The notes under the pieces: generated by a model | The model's database searches: none | What the model was told of the DNA's origin: nothing | The model's input: the letters and a program-made list of their open reading frames with translations, nothing else | Position numbers and translations under genes: made by a program | Source: Candidatus Hydrogenedentota bacterium | GTDB taxonomy: Bacteria; Hydrogenedentota; Hydrogenedentia; Hydrogenedentales; SLHB01 | Length of the DNA: 64,000 nucleotides | NCBI GenBank assembly: GCA_963668025.2 | Contig: CAXXTH010000022.1 | Location: forward strand, 149,791-213,790 | Reading direction: 5' to 3' | Part shown: piece by piece, positions 29,537 to 39,056 of the stretch | Layout of the letters: every line of letters begins with the position of its first letter | Position numbering within the stretch: position 1 is the first letter of the stretch

Positions 29537-32500
29537 TTACAGTTCTTGTTCCGGCGCATTCCACGCCTTGGCGAACATTTTTTCCGGCGGCTGTGATTTG
29601 GCGCGTATGGTGATCCGCTTCTCTTCGCCAGGCTCCAGCCAGAAATAGTTGTCGCTGTAACGCAGCTCGTGGTCGTGCTCTGGACAATAGAGCCGGACGC
29701 GATACGCGGGCTTTTGGCCTGCGTTTGTGATACGGGCTTCCGACGACCAGCCGGAATCCCCATCCCGCCACGGTTCACCCCATTCCAGTTGGAGTTCCGT
29801 TGGGGTATTTCGTACGTCGCGAATCCAGGGACCGTTCTTCAGATACGGCATCCGCATGGACGGCGTTCCGACACGAGGAGTATAGACACTGCGAGAAAGG
29901 AGCTCTCCGCCTTCTTTGTCCAGCAGCTCCACGCAAAGGAACATGGCTTGTTCCTTAGTGGTTTTGGGTATCTTCCAGGAAAAGAATCCGGCGGTGCAGG
30001 TGGTCTCCGGCCGTATGGATACCTGATCCTGCTTCGAAGCCAACAGCTTCAGGCTAATATCGTATAACCGCACATTCACGACGGCGCCAGGGAAGGTTTT
30101 CGACGTATCGTTGGCGATGAAGAGCTTTGCTTCGAAATCCGTTCCCAGCGCGGTGAACAGTTCCAGGAATGTAGCGCCCACGTGAAGGGGTTCGTACGCT
30201 AGTTTGTAGTCGTAATAAGACGCCTTGGGCACGCCATACCAGTCCACATATTCCCATGTCAGACAACTGGGCCATATGACATTAAATGACCATCCCATCG
30301 AAAGGGTGCAATACGGCCAGCGTGAGCGCCAGAAATCAAGCCCGAAGCGGGCCAGCATGCCTTGGCCCGTCTGCGCATACTCGACAAATTCCTCCCAATT
30401 ATCCGGCACGCCGCTGTCGGCGATAAAGGGCATCATCCTAGCTTGAGAGTAGGCAAGGTGCGCATCATGCATGCTGAATGCGCTCTCCCGTTCGCGGAAG
30501 CTTGGCTCCCAGCCCGGAAGCTCAAATGGCTCCAATGGATCGGGGCCCGCAGGCGGCCAGGACTTGAGTTCTTCTTCTGGAATAACCTTCTTGAGCGTAT
30601 GCAGCGATGGAGGAGACGACAGCGAGAATTCCGTGATAGCTGGAGATAAATCCCGCGCGAAGTAGGTGTAATTTGCTCCGCCTTCCCAATACACCTGGTA
30701 GGAATGGCTATCACCCCCATGAGGGCTGGCCCGGTGGACTTCCCGGGACGGATCAAACTCCCGGCACAAATTCTCGAATGAATCCACAACGGCCCGGTTC
30801 CACTTATTGCCTTCGTCAAATTCATTGCCACAGCACCACATCACTAATGAGGCATGGTTGCGCAAACGCTTCACATTTTGCACGACCGTATCCCGCAATA
30901 CATCGGAATCCATTTCATGAAACAAGCTATTGGCAAACGGGAATTCCTGCCAAACGCAGATGCCAAGGCGGTCACAGATTTCATAAAACTCGTCCGTCTC
31001 GAGCATCCCCCCGCCCCAAAGGCGCATGATGTTGATGTTCGCGTCCACCACCCGTTCGAGCAAGGCCTCGTAACGATTCCGGTCTAGGCGCAGCATCTGG
31101 TCAATAGGCATCCAGTTAACGCCCTTGCCATAAAACGGTTTGCCATTCACCGTGAAAACCCAGTTGTATTTCCAGCGGCCTTCAGGCGTGGGCTGCATCT
31201 TGATGATGCGCACTCCAAATGACAATTCGAGCGAATCCGCCGGAGGAACCTCCGCCATCTTTTCGGGCAGCACCCCCCAAATGATGATCTTGAGACGGTA
31301 AAGCGGGTGCCCGCCCATGCCATTGGGCCACCACCGTTTAGCGTGAGGAATACGGATTTGGAAATCCTGGCGTTGCGCGCCCCGGAAATATCTTGTGGAG
31401 AAGGGAACCTCGATAGCCTCATCATTCTGATCCGGAGACTCGATGCGGATGATGCCGCCTGGCCCCTCGGGATACATTTCAGCGGAGCTGGCGATAGTGA
31501 AAGAGAGAGCAAGCAGCGCATCATCTCCATCAAAGCTCTTGGTGATCACCTGGGGATCGAGGAGGGTGATTCTTTCAGACGCGCGCAGCTCGACGGGACG
31601 CCAAAGCCCAACCGTTAAAATATCCATGTTGAAATGCCAGCGTTGAAAGATATAGGCCTTCACATTACTATGCGGCGGCGTCGGGCAAGGCAGGAGGCAA
31701 ACCACGAGTTCGTTTTCACCGCTTCGCCGCACCTTGCTAGATATGTCAAAGGTGCGTTCGCGGTGCATGCCTTCGTGGTAACCGAGCTGTTCGCCATTGA
31801 GCCAGACATAGCCATGGTAGTCGATGCCGTGAAATATGAGTTCAATATTTTTGCCGGACCAGTCCGGAGGCAGCACAAATGTACGGCGGTATATCCAGCG
31901 CTGCCGGTCGATCCATCGCTGCTTAGGTCCATTATAGCCATAATACGGATCTTCAATCACCCCCGCTTCGAGCAAGGCTGTTTGCACGGTGCCCGGCACC
32001 ACCGCAGGGATCCATCGTTCCGTAACAAGGTCTTCCAATGCCACCGGAACCGTACGCGCAAGTGAATTTGAAGTGAAATCATCCTCGAACAACACTTTGC
32101 CGCCATCTGGGGTAGTCATGCGCGCATGGCGAATTTGTGAGGAGCCGTTTTGAACTAGAAATCCCGCCATACGGCCGCACAACCGGCGGTCCGAGAATGA
32201 ACCAATCTGGACGCCATCCAATAACACTTCCACCCCGTTGGCCGAAACCGCCACACGAACCGTATAATCAGTTCCGGCCTGGATAACAGGCTCTTGAGCC
32301 TGCATCAATGCTGGACCATCCGGAAGATCGTACAAGATGTAATTGGCGCGAACCAGCTTTCCCGGCTCCATCAGGATTTGGTAGAAACAGTTTCTATCTT
32401 CGAGGAAACAAACAATCACACTTAGAAGCGTGCCTGGGCTATCAATGGACACGACGGATTCCCATACAAAATCCCCTTCTGGCTCCACATTGGCCAGTAT

Positions 32501-32641
32501 CTCCGCCGAACCCGGGCTATCTCCCACCAATATGCCATCGCGGATGGCCCATCCGATGAGGTGCTGATTCCATTTGCCTAATACAGGTTCAGGCATCCAA
32601 GACAATTCCCAGCCTTGCGAAATATCACGAATCTCACTCAT
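29537..32641 (-). CDS. Glycoside hydrolase family 2 (beta-mannosidase-like) with an inserted lectin/DUF1080-like domain
   Basis: VPGTVQTAL..DPYYG, FHGIDY, WWPNGMG, YGKGVNW, RLWGGG, WQEF, RNHASLVMWCCGNE (acid/base), ITEF (nucleophile). Confidence 0.88.
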   Translation of the reverse strand: MSEIRDISQGWELSWMPEPVLGKWNQHLIGWAIRDGILVGDSPGSAEILANVEPEGDFVWESVVSIDSPGTLLSVIVCFLEDRNCFYQILMEPGKLVRANYILYDLPDGPALMQAQEPVIQAGTDYTVRVAVSANGVEVLLDGVQIGSFSDRRLCGRMAGFLVQNGSSQIRHARMTTPDGGKVLFEDDFTSNSLARTVPVALEDLVTERWIPAVVPGTVQTALLEAGVIEDPYYGYNGPKQRWIDRQRWIYRRTFVLPPDWSGKNIELIFHGIDYHGYVWLNGEQLGYHEGMHRERTFDISSKVRRSGENELVVCLLPCPTPPHSNVKAYIFQRWHFNMDILTVGLWRPVELRASERITLLDPQVITKSFDGDDALLALSFTIASSAEMYPEGPGGIIRIESPDQNDEAIEVPFSTRYFRGAQRQDFQIRIPHAKRWWPNGMGGHPLYRLKIIIWGVLPEKMAEVPPADSLELSFGVRIIKMQPTPEGRWKYNWVFTVNGKPFYGKGVNWMPIDQMLRLDRNRYEALLERVVDANINIMRLWGGGMLETDEFYEICDRLGICVWQEFPFANSLFHEMDSDVLRDTVVQNVKRLRNHASLVMWCCGNEFDEGNKWNRAVVDSFENLCREFDPSREVHRASPHGGDSHSYQVYWEGGANYTYFARDLSPAITEFSLSSPPSLHTLKKVIPEEELKSWPPAGPDPLEPFELPGWEPSFRERESAFSMHDAHLAYSQARMMPFIADSGVPDNWEEFVEYAQTGQGMLARFGLDFWRSRWPYCTLSMGWSFNVIWPSCLTWEYVDWYGVPKASYYDYKLAYEPLHVGATFLELFTALGTDFEAKLFIANDTSKTFPGAVVNVRLYDISLKLLASKQDQVSIRPETTCTAGFFSWKIPKTTKEQAMFLCVELLDKEGGELLSRSVYTPRVGTPSMRMPYLKNGPWIRDVRNTPTELQLEWGEPWRDGDSGWSSEARITNAGQKPAYRVRLYCPEHDHELRYSDNYFWLEPGEEKRITIRAKSQPPEKMFAKAWNAPEQEL

Positions 32642-32646
32642 AGTTT

Positions 32647-33927
32647 TTACCCCCGCCTTGCCTGTTGTTTGCCATTGGATTGCTTCTTAATGGCTTGCAC
32701 CAGCTCTGTTTTCCATTTGCCGTCGAGATCGCGAATACCAGTCCTATTCCATGGAGTGTCATCAGGTGTATCTTGATAGGCCCAGATCCACCACCCCGCA
32801 AAACCGTATTCCATACACTTCTTGAATTGCCATTCAAAGATTTCAGGCCCAGAATATCCATCGGTGGAAATGATCGCGCTTTTCCGCTGTGCATCATGGC
32901 CGGGGCCCACGAAGTCGGTTGAAAGGATGCGCGATGCGTTCTCACGCCCAAGTATCTCTACTATCTTGCGTATATAGTAAACACCATCAGACGCCGGATC
33001 GCTGCAAGGCCACGTTGACATGGGCCAATAATCGGGTGGAAGCCCAAGGTCGTCAAGAAGCCATTTCTTCAGGTTTGTGAATCCGCTAAGACGTGCCTCT
33101 GGCGGCTTCGCCATCCAGTAGGGCTCATTGGATAATATTGGCAACAGGAACGGCGCAGCCTTGGGCCTTGTGCCCGCGGCCCAGAACACCGGCCAGACGC
33201 GTTTCACAAATTCCTCGGTGCTCGACAAGATGGACGGATTGTCTTCGCGCTCCCAAAGGCACGGTTCCGCTTGTCCGATTTCATAATTGCCCGTCATGCA
33301 CCACATCGCGATGCCCTCAGGATGCTTCACACGTCCTTCGATGTAACGGATGGTTTCCCGGTACCACAAGGCGGATTCATTCCAAGGCGTCTCGTCCGGC
33401 ATCGGCCAGTGTCCCGTGTTTGCTATCTGATGCGACGGGTCGGTGGAATACGGGATCCACATGTTGCAAGCCAAATCGAGCTCAACCGAAACGCCCCGTT
33501 TATAGCAGTCATCCACAAAAGCAGCCACATTGTCCAGGTACGAAGTGTTTGCCCATTCTGTGAGAGCACGCCCTTCTTGAGGGGCTTGAGATGGTATTTT
33601 CAAAGAATATGGAATTGCTACATATACATCGACGAGATTGATACCGGCTACGCGCACCAGTTCATCTATGGCATTGCATACCTGTTCTCGAACCTCGGGA
33701 TAGAGACACAGCCAAGGATATCCAGCCAAATCAATGGATTCGGCATCCGGTTTGTGCTGGATCAGCGGATTGAAGTGGACACCACGGAAAGGCGTCCGCG
33801 ATACTGGCGCTGGAGGTTCTTTTTTGAGCGAAATCCCTTCTTTATCCGCAGCAAAGGCCATCCCGCATGCCATTATCACCAACATCATAACATTAATATC
33901 TTTAATTAAGTTTAATTGTACGTTCAT
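32647..33927 (-). CDS. Secreted putative glycoside hydrolase, unclassified TIM-barrel family, paralog 1
   Basis: Signal peptide; motifs RGVHFNP, ELDLACNMWIPYS, GNYEIGQAEP, RILSTDF, YGFAGWWIWAYQD shared with the next three genes. Confidence 0.7.
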   Translation of the reverse strand: MNVQLNLIKDINVMMLVIMACGMAFAADKEGISLKKEPPAPVSRTPFRGVHFNPLIQHKPDAESIDLAGYPWLCLYPEVREQVCNAIDELVRVAGINLVDVYVAIPYSLKIPSQAPQEGRALTEWANTSYLDNVAAFVDDCYKRGVSVELDLACNMWIPYSTDPSHQIANTGHWPMPDETPWNESALWYRETIRYIEGRVKHPEGIAMWCMTGNYEIGQAEPCLWEREDNPSILSSTEEFVKRVWPVFWAAGTRPKAAPFLLPILSNEPYWMAKPPEARLSGFTNLKKWLLDDLGLPPDYWPMSTWPCSDPASDGVYYIRKIVEILGRENASRILSTDFVGPGHDAQRKSAIISTDGYSGPEIFEWQFKKCMEYGFAGWWIWAYQDTPDDTPWNRTGIRDLDGKWKTELVQAIKKQSNGKQQARRG

Positions 33928-33988
33928 ATAATATTCTCCTTATGTAATTACATATGTATTTGCTATACTTTTTACTATATTTTTTGTA

Positions 33989-35230
33989 TCATTTATTGGG
34001 GGCTGCCTCTTGATTAATGGCTTTCAGTAAATCCTGTTTCCATTCTCCATGGATGGCACAAATTCCACTGTCCGCATTCGGCGTATCCTGGTAAGCCCAT
34101 ATCCACCACCCTGCAAAGCCATATTCCGCACACTTTTGAAAATGCCATTCAAGCATTTCCGGCCCCGAACGGCCTTCTGCCGGAATGATGGAAGCCGCCC
34201 GTTCATTGTCGTGCCCGGGCCCCTTGAGATCAGTCGAAATGATGCGATGCGCGTTCTCAGGCCCTAGTATCTTGACGATTTCCCGAAGATAATAAACACC
34301 ATCAGGTGCAGGGTCACAGAAGGGATATGTGGTCATTATCCAATAATCCGGCGGAAGGCTCAGATCATCGCATATCCATTTCTTCAGATTTGTAAACGCG
34401 CTCAGGCGCACCTCGGAAGAATGATCAATCGCGGGCAAGGCTGTTTGGAAATCTCGCCAATAGGTGTCATCAGCAAAAATCGGCAGCATAATGGGTGCGG
34501 CTTTTGGGCGCTTCCCGGCTGCTCGGAACACAGGCCAAACTTTCTTCACGAACTCCTCGACACTCGACAAAACTGCTGGCTTTCCGTCAATGGGCCAGAG
34601 GCAAGGTTCAGCCGGTCCCAACTCAAAATTTCCCATCATGCACCATGTGGCGATGCTTTCAGGGTGTTTGGCCCGTCCTTCAATATAGTTAATGGTTTCC
34701 CGGTACCACGTGGCGGATTCTTTCCACGGCGTCTCACTGGGTTTAGGCCATTTCCCTTTATTGGAGAGCTGATGCTCTGGGTCAACGGAGTACGGTATCC
34801 ACATGTTGGCCGCCAGATCGAGTTCAACAGAAACGCCTGCATCGTGGCAATCTTCAATGAATGCCGCCACATTGTCTAGATAAGCGAGATTCGCCCATTC
34901 GCCCAAGGGCTGTCCCTCTTGTGGAGCCTGGGTGGATTTTTTCAAGGTATCTGGGATGCAGACGAATATGACAACCAAATTGATGCCAGCCGCGCCAGCC
35001 AGTTCATGAAGCGCGGCACAGACCTGAGCACGGCATTGCGAGTAACAAGCCAGCCACGGCTGGCCAGATGAAGTGTTGATCTGAGGATTAAAAAATACGC
35101 CTCGAAACTGGGGCGTTTTTATCAAATCCGCTTCGTGCTGCACGTGATTTCCGTTGTCCGAGGCGCATGCGCCAAGCGCCCCCATGCTTAACAATATGGG
35201 CATTGCCATATATTTGACTGGAGCAGACAT
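33989..35230 (-). CDS. Secreted putative glycoside hydrolase, paralog 2
   Basis: Same motifs. Start reassigned to MSAPVKY at 35230 because the longer ORF overlaps paralog 3. LGAC is a possible lipobox. Confidence 0.7.
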   Translation of the reverse strand: MSAPVKYMAMPILLSMGALGACASDNGNHVQHEADLIKTPQFRGVFFNPQINTSSGQPWLACYSQCRAQVCAALHELAGAAGINLVVIFVCIPDTLKKSTQAPQEGQPLGEWANLAYLDNVAAFIEDCHDAGVSVELDLAANMWIPYSVDPEHQLSNKGKWPKPSETPWKESATWYRETINYIEGRAKHPESIATWCMMGNFELGPAEPCLWPIDGKPAVLSSVEEFVKKVWPVFRAAGKRPKAAPIMLPIFADDTYWRDFQTALPAIDHSSEVRLSAFTNLKKWICDDLSLPPDYWIMTTYPFCDPAPDGVYYLREIVKILGPENAHRIISTDLKGPGHDNERAASIIPAEGRSGPEMLEWHFQKCAEYGFAGWWIWAYQDTPNADSGICAIHGEWKQDLLKAINQEAAPNK

Positions 35231-35282
35231 AAGCCTCACGTCCTTCTTGGTTGCTAAGGCACCAGGCTTGCCATATTTTCCT

Positions 35283-36521
35283 CTACTTAGCAGGCGCTTG
35301 TTTCTTGATGATTGCCAACAAATCCGGTTTCCATACTCCATTGGCATCACGGAGTCCCGTCTTCGAATTCGGTCCATCTTGGTAGCACCATACCCACCAC
35401 CCAGCAAAGCCATATTTCTCACATTGTTGAAGATTCCATTCCAGCATCTCGGCTGAAGAACGTCCGCCATCTGAAATGATGGTGTCAGAGAAATCTATTC
35501 CGATTGCCTTGAAGTCTGTGGATAGGATGCGCGGCGCATTCTCTTTGCCTAAAATATCCACTATTCGTTGTATATAGCACGTGCCATCGGGAGCTGGATC
35601 ACAGAAGGGATAGGTAGATATAGGCCAATAATCGGGCGGAAGCGCGAGATCGTCCAGAATCCATTTTTTCAAGTGGATGAATCCGCTCAATCGTTCATCA
35701 GGAGACTTCGCCATCCAATAGGAAGAATTCGAGAAAATGGGAAACGCATAAGGCGCGGCTTTCGGCCTTTTGCCTGCGGCGCGGAATACGGGCCATACCT
35801 CTTTTACAAACTTCTCGATACTCACAAGGAGCGCCGGATTATCGTCAACCCCCCAAAGGCAAGGCTCGGCCGTGCCGAGTTCGTAGTGGCCCATCATGCT
35901 CCACATGGCGATGTTTTCCGGATGTTTCGCATGCCCCTCGATATACTTAATAGATTCGCTGTACCAGGTGGCCGATTCGTTCCAGGGTGTTTCGTCAGGC
36001 ATGGGCCAGTGTTTGGAATTCGCAATTTGGCGCTCCGGGTCCACCGAATAGGGTATCCACATATTGCACGCCAAATCGAGTTCCACGGCGATTCCAGCAT
36101 CATAACAGTCATCCACAAAAGCGCATATATTGTCGTAGTATATTGCATTTCCCCATTCGCTGAACGGCTGGCCTTCTTGAGGAGCTTGCGAAGGCGTTTT
36201 CAATGAATACGCAATAACGACAAACATGTCGATCAAATTGACGCCTGCCGTGCTCGATAAATCCTGGAGAAGCGCACGTATCTCTTCCTGGTTTTCCTGG
36301 TAGTAAACGAGCCAAGGCCGGTCTGGATTGGTGCTGACAGAGGGATTAAAGAATACCCCTCGGAATTTCTGCATCGGTTCTGAAGGAGGAATGGTGGGCG
36401 CTGCTTGTTCAACGGCTAACTGTGGAGTATCTGCTTCGTCTGCTGCTAAAGCGCCTGCAAACATAAGAATCATTAATGCGGACAGCATCGCAGCCTTGAT
36501 GGCTATACATGGATTCATCAT
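35283..36521 (-). CDS. Secreted putative glycoside hydrolase, paralog 3
   Basis: Signal peptide ending ALA; RGVFFNP, GHYELGTAEP, RILSTDF, YGFAGWWVWCYQD. Confidence 0.7.
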   Translation of the reverse strand: MMNPCIAIKAAMLSALMILMFAGALAADEADTPQLAVEQAAPTIPPSEPMQKFRGVFFNPSVSTNPDRPWLVYYQENQEEIRALLQDLSSTAGVNLIDMFVVIAYSLKTPSQAPQEGQPFSEWGNAIYYDNICAFVDDCYDAGIAVELDLACNMWIPYSVDPERQIANSKHWPMPDETPWNESATWYSESIKYIEGHAKHPENIAMWSMMGHYELGTAEPCLWGVDDNPALLVSIEKFVKEVWPVFRAAGKRPKAAPYAFPIFSNSSYWMAKSPDERLSGFIHLKKWILDDLALPPDYWPISTYPFCDPAPDGTCYIQRIVDILGKENAPRILSTDFKAIGIDFSDTIISDGGRSSAEMLEWNLQQCEKYGFAGWWVWCYQDGPNSKTGLRDANGVWKPDLLAIIKKQAPAK

Positions 36522-36580
36522 GATGTCATCCTCTGTTAACTAAAACAAAAATCCGAATAGAACACTCTTCACCATTTTCT

Positions 36581-37894
36581 TTATTTTTTACGGATATACA
36601 ATATCCCTCCCATTATGCCAGCAAACGCCAACGACCCAAGGCTTAACAGACCCGCCACCGGCGCATCTTCACCGATAACAGGCATTTGGGCGGCGATCAC
36701 CTGGACGAGGTCTGTTTTCCACTGGCCGTCTTGCTCACGGATACCCCTTGTTTCACCAGGCCCGTCCTGATAGCACCATATCCACCAGCCCGGAAAGCCA
36801 TACTCCGCACATTTATCAAAATGCCACTGGAATAGCTCTGTGTCTGTATAACCTTCCGTTGAAAGAATCGTCGAGGAATAATCGGCCAGCACCCCCAAGT
36901 CTGTTGGGATAATTCGAGAGGCGTTTTCCCATCCCAGAATGTCCAGAATTTCCTTGTAATAGTAATGCCCGTTTGGTGCGGGATCGCAGAGGGGATAAAA
37001 CGTCATGGGCCAGTAGTCGGGCGGCATCCCGAGATCATCCACTAGCCATTTCTTGAGATTAGTGAATCCGCTAAGTCGAGCGTCATCCCGGGCCATCCAA
37101 TAGGTGTTATTCGACAAGATAGGCATCAGGTAGGGCGCTGCTTTCGGCCTCTGGCCTGCCGCCTTGAACGCAGGCCATACGTTCTTCACAAATAGCTCGT
37201 TATATGTCTTGATTTCTGGAATATAATCATTATCCCAAAGGCCGGTCTCCGCTCCGCCGAATGTATAGTTGCCTCCCATACACCACCATGCGATGCTCTC
37301 TGGATGGCTGGCTTTCCCTTCCACATATTCGATGATCTCCGTATACCACGTAACCGATTCATCCCAAGGAGTATCATCCGCTATGGGCCACCACGGATCG
37401 GTTCCAGCCGGGTCATCCGGAACGCCCACCAAATGATTGGCCGTATCCACGGAATAGGGCACCCACATGTTGTTGGCCATATCGAGCGCTACCGAAACGC
37501 CGGCTTCATGGCAGTCATCAATGAACATCGCCACATTGTCGAGATAAGCCATATTAGCCCATTCTTCCAGCGGCTGGCCTGGCGTGGGCGCTTGTTTGGG
37601 AGTCGCCAGCGAATTGGGAATAAGCAAAAAAATGGCGGCGAAGTTTAGATTTGCTTCAGTGGCCATTTCCTGTAAGGCCATTTTGATCTCACTGCGGTAT
37701 GTCGAATAGTAAAGAAGCCATGGAAAATTGGTGCTATCGTTAATGACAGGATTAAAAAAGACGCCGCGCATCGAAGCAGACTTAATATGCGCAGCGTCTT
37801 TATCCTCACGATACACTTCCGCTTGTCCACTAAAAGGTGCTAAAAAGAATGATGCCGCCAAGATTCCTGTAATAGCATTTTTCCTCATGATCAT
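36581..37894 (-). CDS. Secreted putative glycoside hydrolase, paralog 4, with C-terminal sorting tail
   Basis: Same motifs (GNYTFGGAET, RIIPTDL, YGFPGWWIWCYQD); ends APVAGLLSLGSLAFAGIMGGILYIRKK. Confidence 0.7.
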   Translation of the reverse strand: MIMRKNAITGILAASFFLAPFSGQAEVYREDKDAAHIKSASMRGVFFNPVINDSTNFPWLLYYSTYRSEIKMALQEMATEANLNFAAIFLLIPNSLATPKQAPTPGQPLEEWANMAYLDNVAMFIDDCHEAGVSVALDMANNMWVPYSVDTANHLVGVPDDPAGTDPWWPIADDTPWDESVTWYTEIIEYVEGKASHPESIAWWCMGGNYTFGGAETGLWDNDYIPEIKTYNELFVKNVWPAFKAAGQRPKAAPYLMPILSNNTYWMARDDARLSGFTNLKKWLVDDLGMPPDYWPMTFYPLCDPAPNGHYYYKEILDILGWENASRIIPTDLGVLADYSSTILSTEGYTDTELFQWHFDKCAEYGFPGWWIWCYQDGPGETRGIREQDGQWKTDLVQVIAAQMPVIGEDAPVAGLLSLGSLAFAGIMGGILYIRKK

Positions 37895-38066
37895 CTCCTA
37901 TTTACTTTCTTGGTAACAAGCCACATCTTTTGATGGCTTTAACTATGTCTCTCTTCAATTCAGCCTGAACGCAGCCACCCTCTCCATAAATAGTGAACTT
38001 GAAATATCCCCGTCCACTCGCGTCTTATAAACACTTTATTTTTTTATACGATCAACAATCAGTACA

Positions 38067-39056
38067 TCATCCTGCCTGGGAGGTGTCCCTAATTAGGCGA
38101 TTCAGAGTAATGGTTAGCGCCAGGAGAAATATCAGCATGGTCAATCCGATGGCGCATGCATAACCCATGCGTTGAAAACTGAATCCATTTAGATACATAT
38201 ATAGTCCTGGGACTATTGTTCGATAACCTGGACCGCCATCCTGGGTCAAAATGTATACGGATTCAAAACCATTGACAATCCCAATTACTGTAAGCACCAC
38301 AAGCAGCTTTATTTGTTGTATGACAAGCGGAAAGTGTATTTTTATGATTCGACCCAGCGCACCTAATCCGTCCAGTTCCGCTGCTTCCAAAATACTAGGG
38401 GATATATTACTTAGTCCTGCATAATAGATGAGTATGTTAAAACCATGTGCAAAAGGAAATCCGACGCATGCCACAGCCCATAATGCTGTTTTGGGATCGC
38501 CAAGCCATCCATGAACCCAGCTCGTTAGCCCAACTCCGTTAAGAAATTCCGTGAGTATACCCGCATCCGAATAGATGTACCGCCAAATCATAAAGACAAC
38601 CACGCCTGGGACAATCATGGGCAGTACGACAGCGACTCGGCACATGTATGCCATGCGTTCAGAACGAAGATGGAAAATCATCTCCGCGACGCAGAACGGT
38701 ACAATCATGCTCACTAAAAACACAAAACAGCCAAGCTTTGAGAGATTGGAAACACTTTTACTAAAAACAGGATCACGCCACATTTCCGTGAAGTTCGCCA
38801 ACCCTATCCATTCGCTCTTCGCGCCAATATCGCTGCTAGTGAATGCATAATATAAGGCCGAACAAGCAGGTATGTAGTTGAACACAATAAGAAGCCCAAT
38901 AGGCCCAAACAAAATGCCATAGATAAGCCACAGCGGAGCGTCACCTGCTTTACGCGCCCGGCCAGTATTCCTATGTTTTCTAGTTTTTAAGTTCGCTTGC
39001 AAGGCGGACGCCCCTTTCTTGCCAAACAGTCTCCATCTTGCTGAAATCCCATTCAT
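38067..39056 (-). CDS. Carbohydrate ABC transporter permease (MalF/UgpA-like); true start probably near 39002
   Basis: WIGLANF..DPVF, LIYYAGLSNI...LEAAELDG EAA loop, T.DGGPG, MGYACAIG. Confidence 0.9.
   Translation of the reverse strand: MNGISARWRLFGKKGASALQANLKTRKHRNTGRARKAGDAPLWLIYGILFGPIGLLIVFNYIPACSALYYAFTSSDIGAKSEWIGLANFTEMWRDPVFSKSVSNLSKLGCFVFLVSMIVPFCVAEMIFHLRSERMAYMCRVAVVLPMIVPGVVVFMIWRYIYSDAGILTEFLNGVGLTSWVHGWLGDPKTALWAVACVGFPFAHGFNILIYYAGLSNISPSILEAAELDGLGALGRIIKIHFPLVIQQIKLLVVLTVIGIVNGFESVYILTQDGGPGYRTIVPGLYMYLNGFSFQRMGYACAIGLTMLIFLLALTITLNRLIRDTSQAG

Noticed and set aside
35231-35470. N-terminal extension of ORF 33989-35470
   Set aside because: It overlaps the 3' end of paralog 3 in another frame; the signal peptide and RBS fit a start at 35230.
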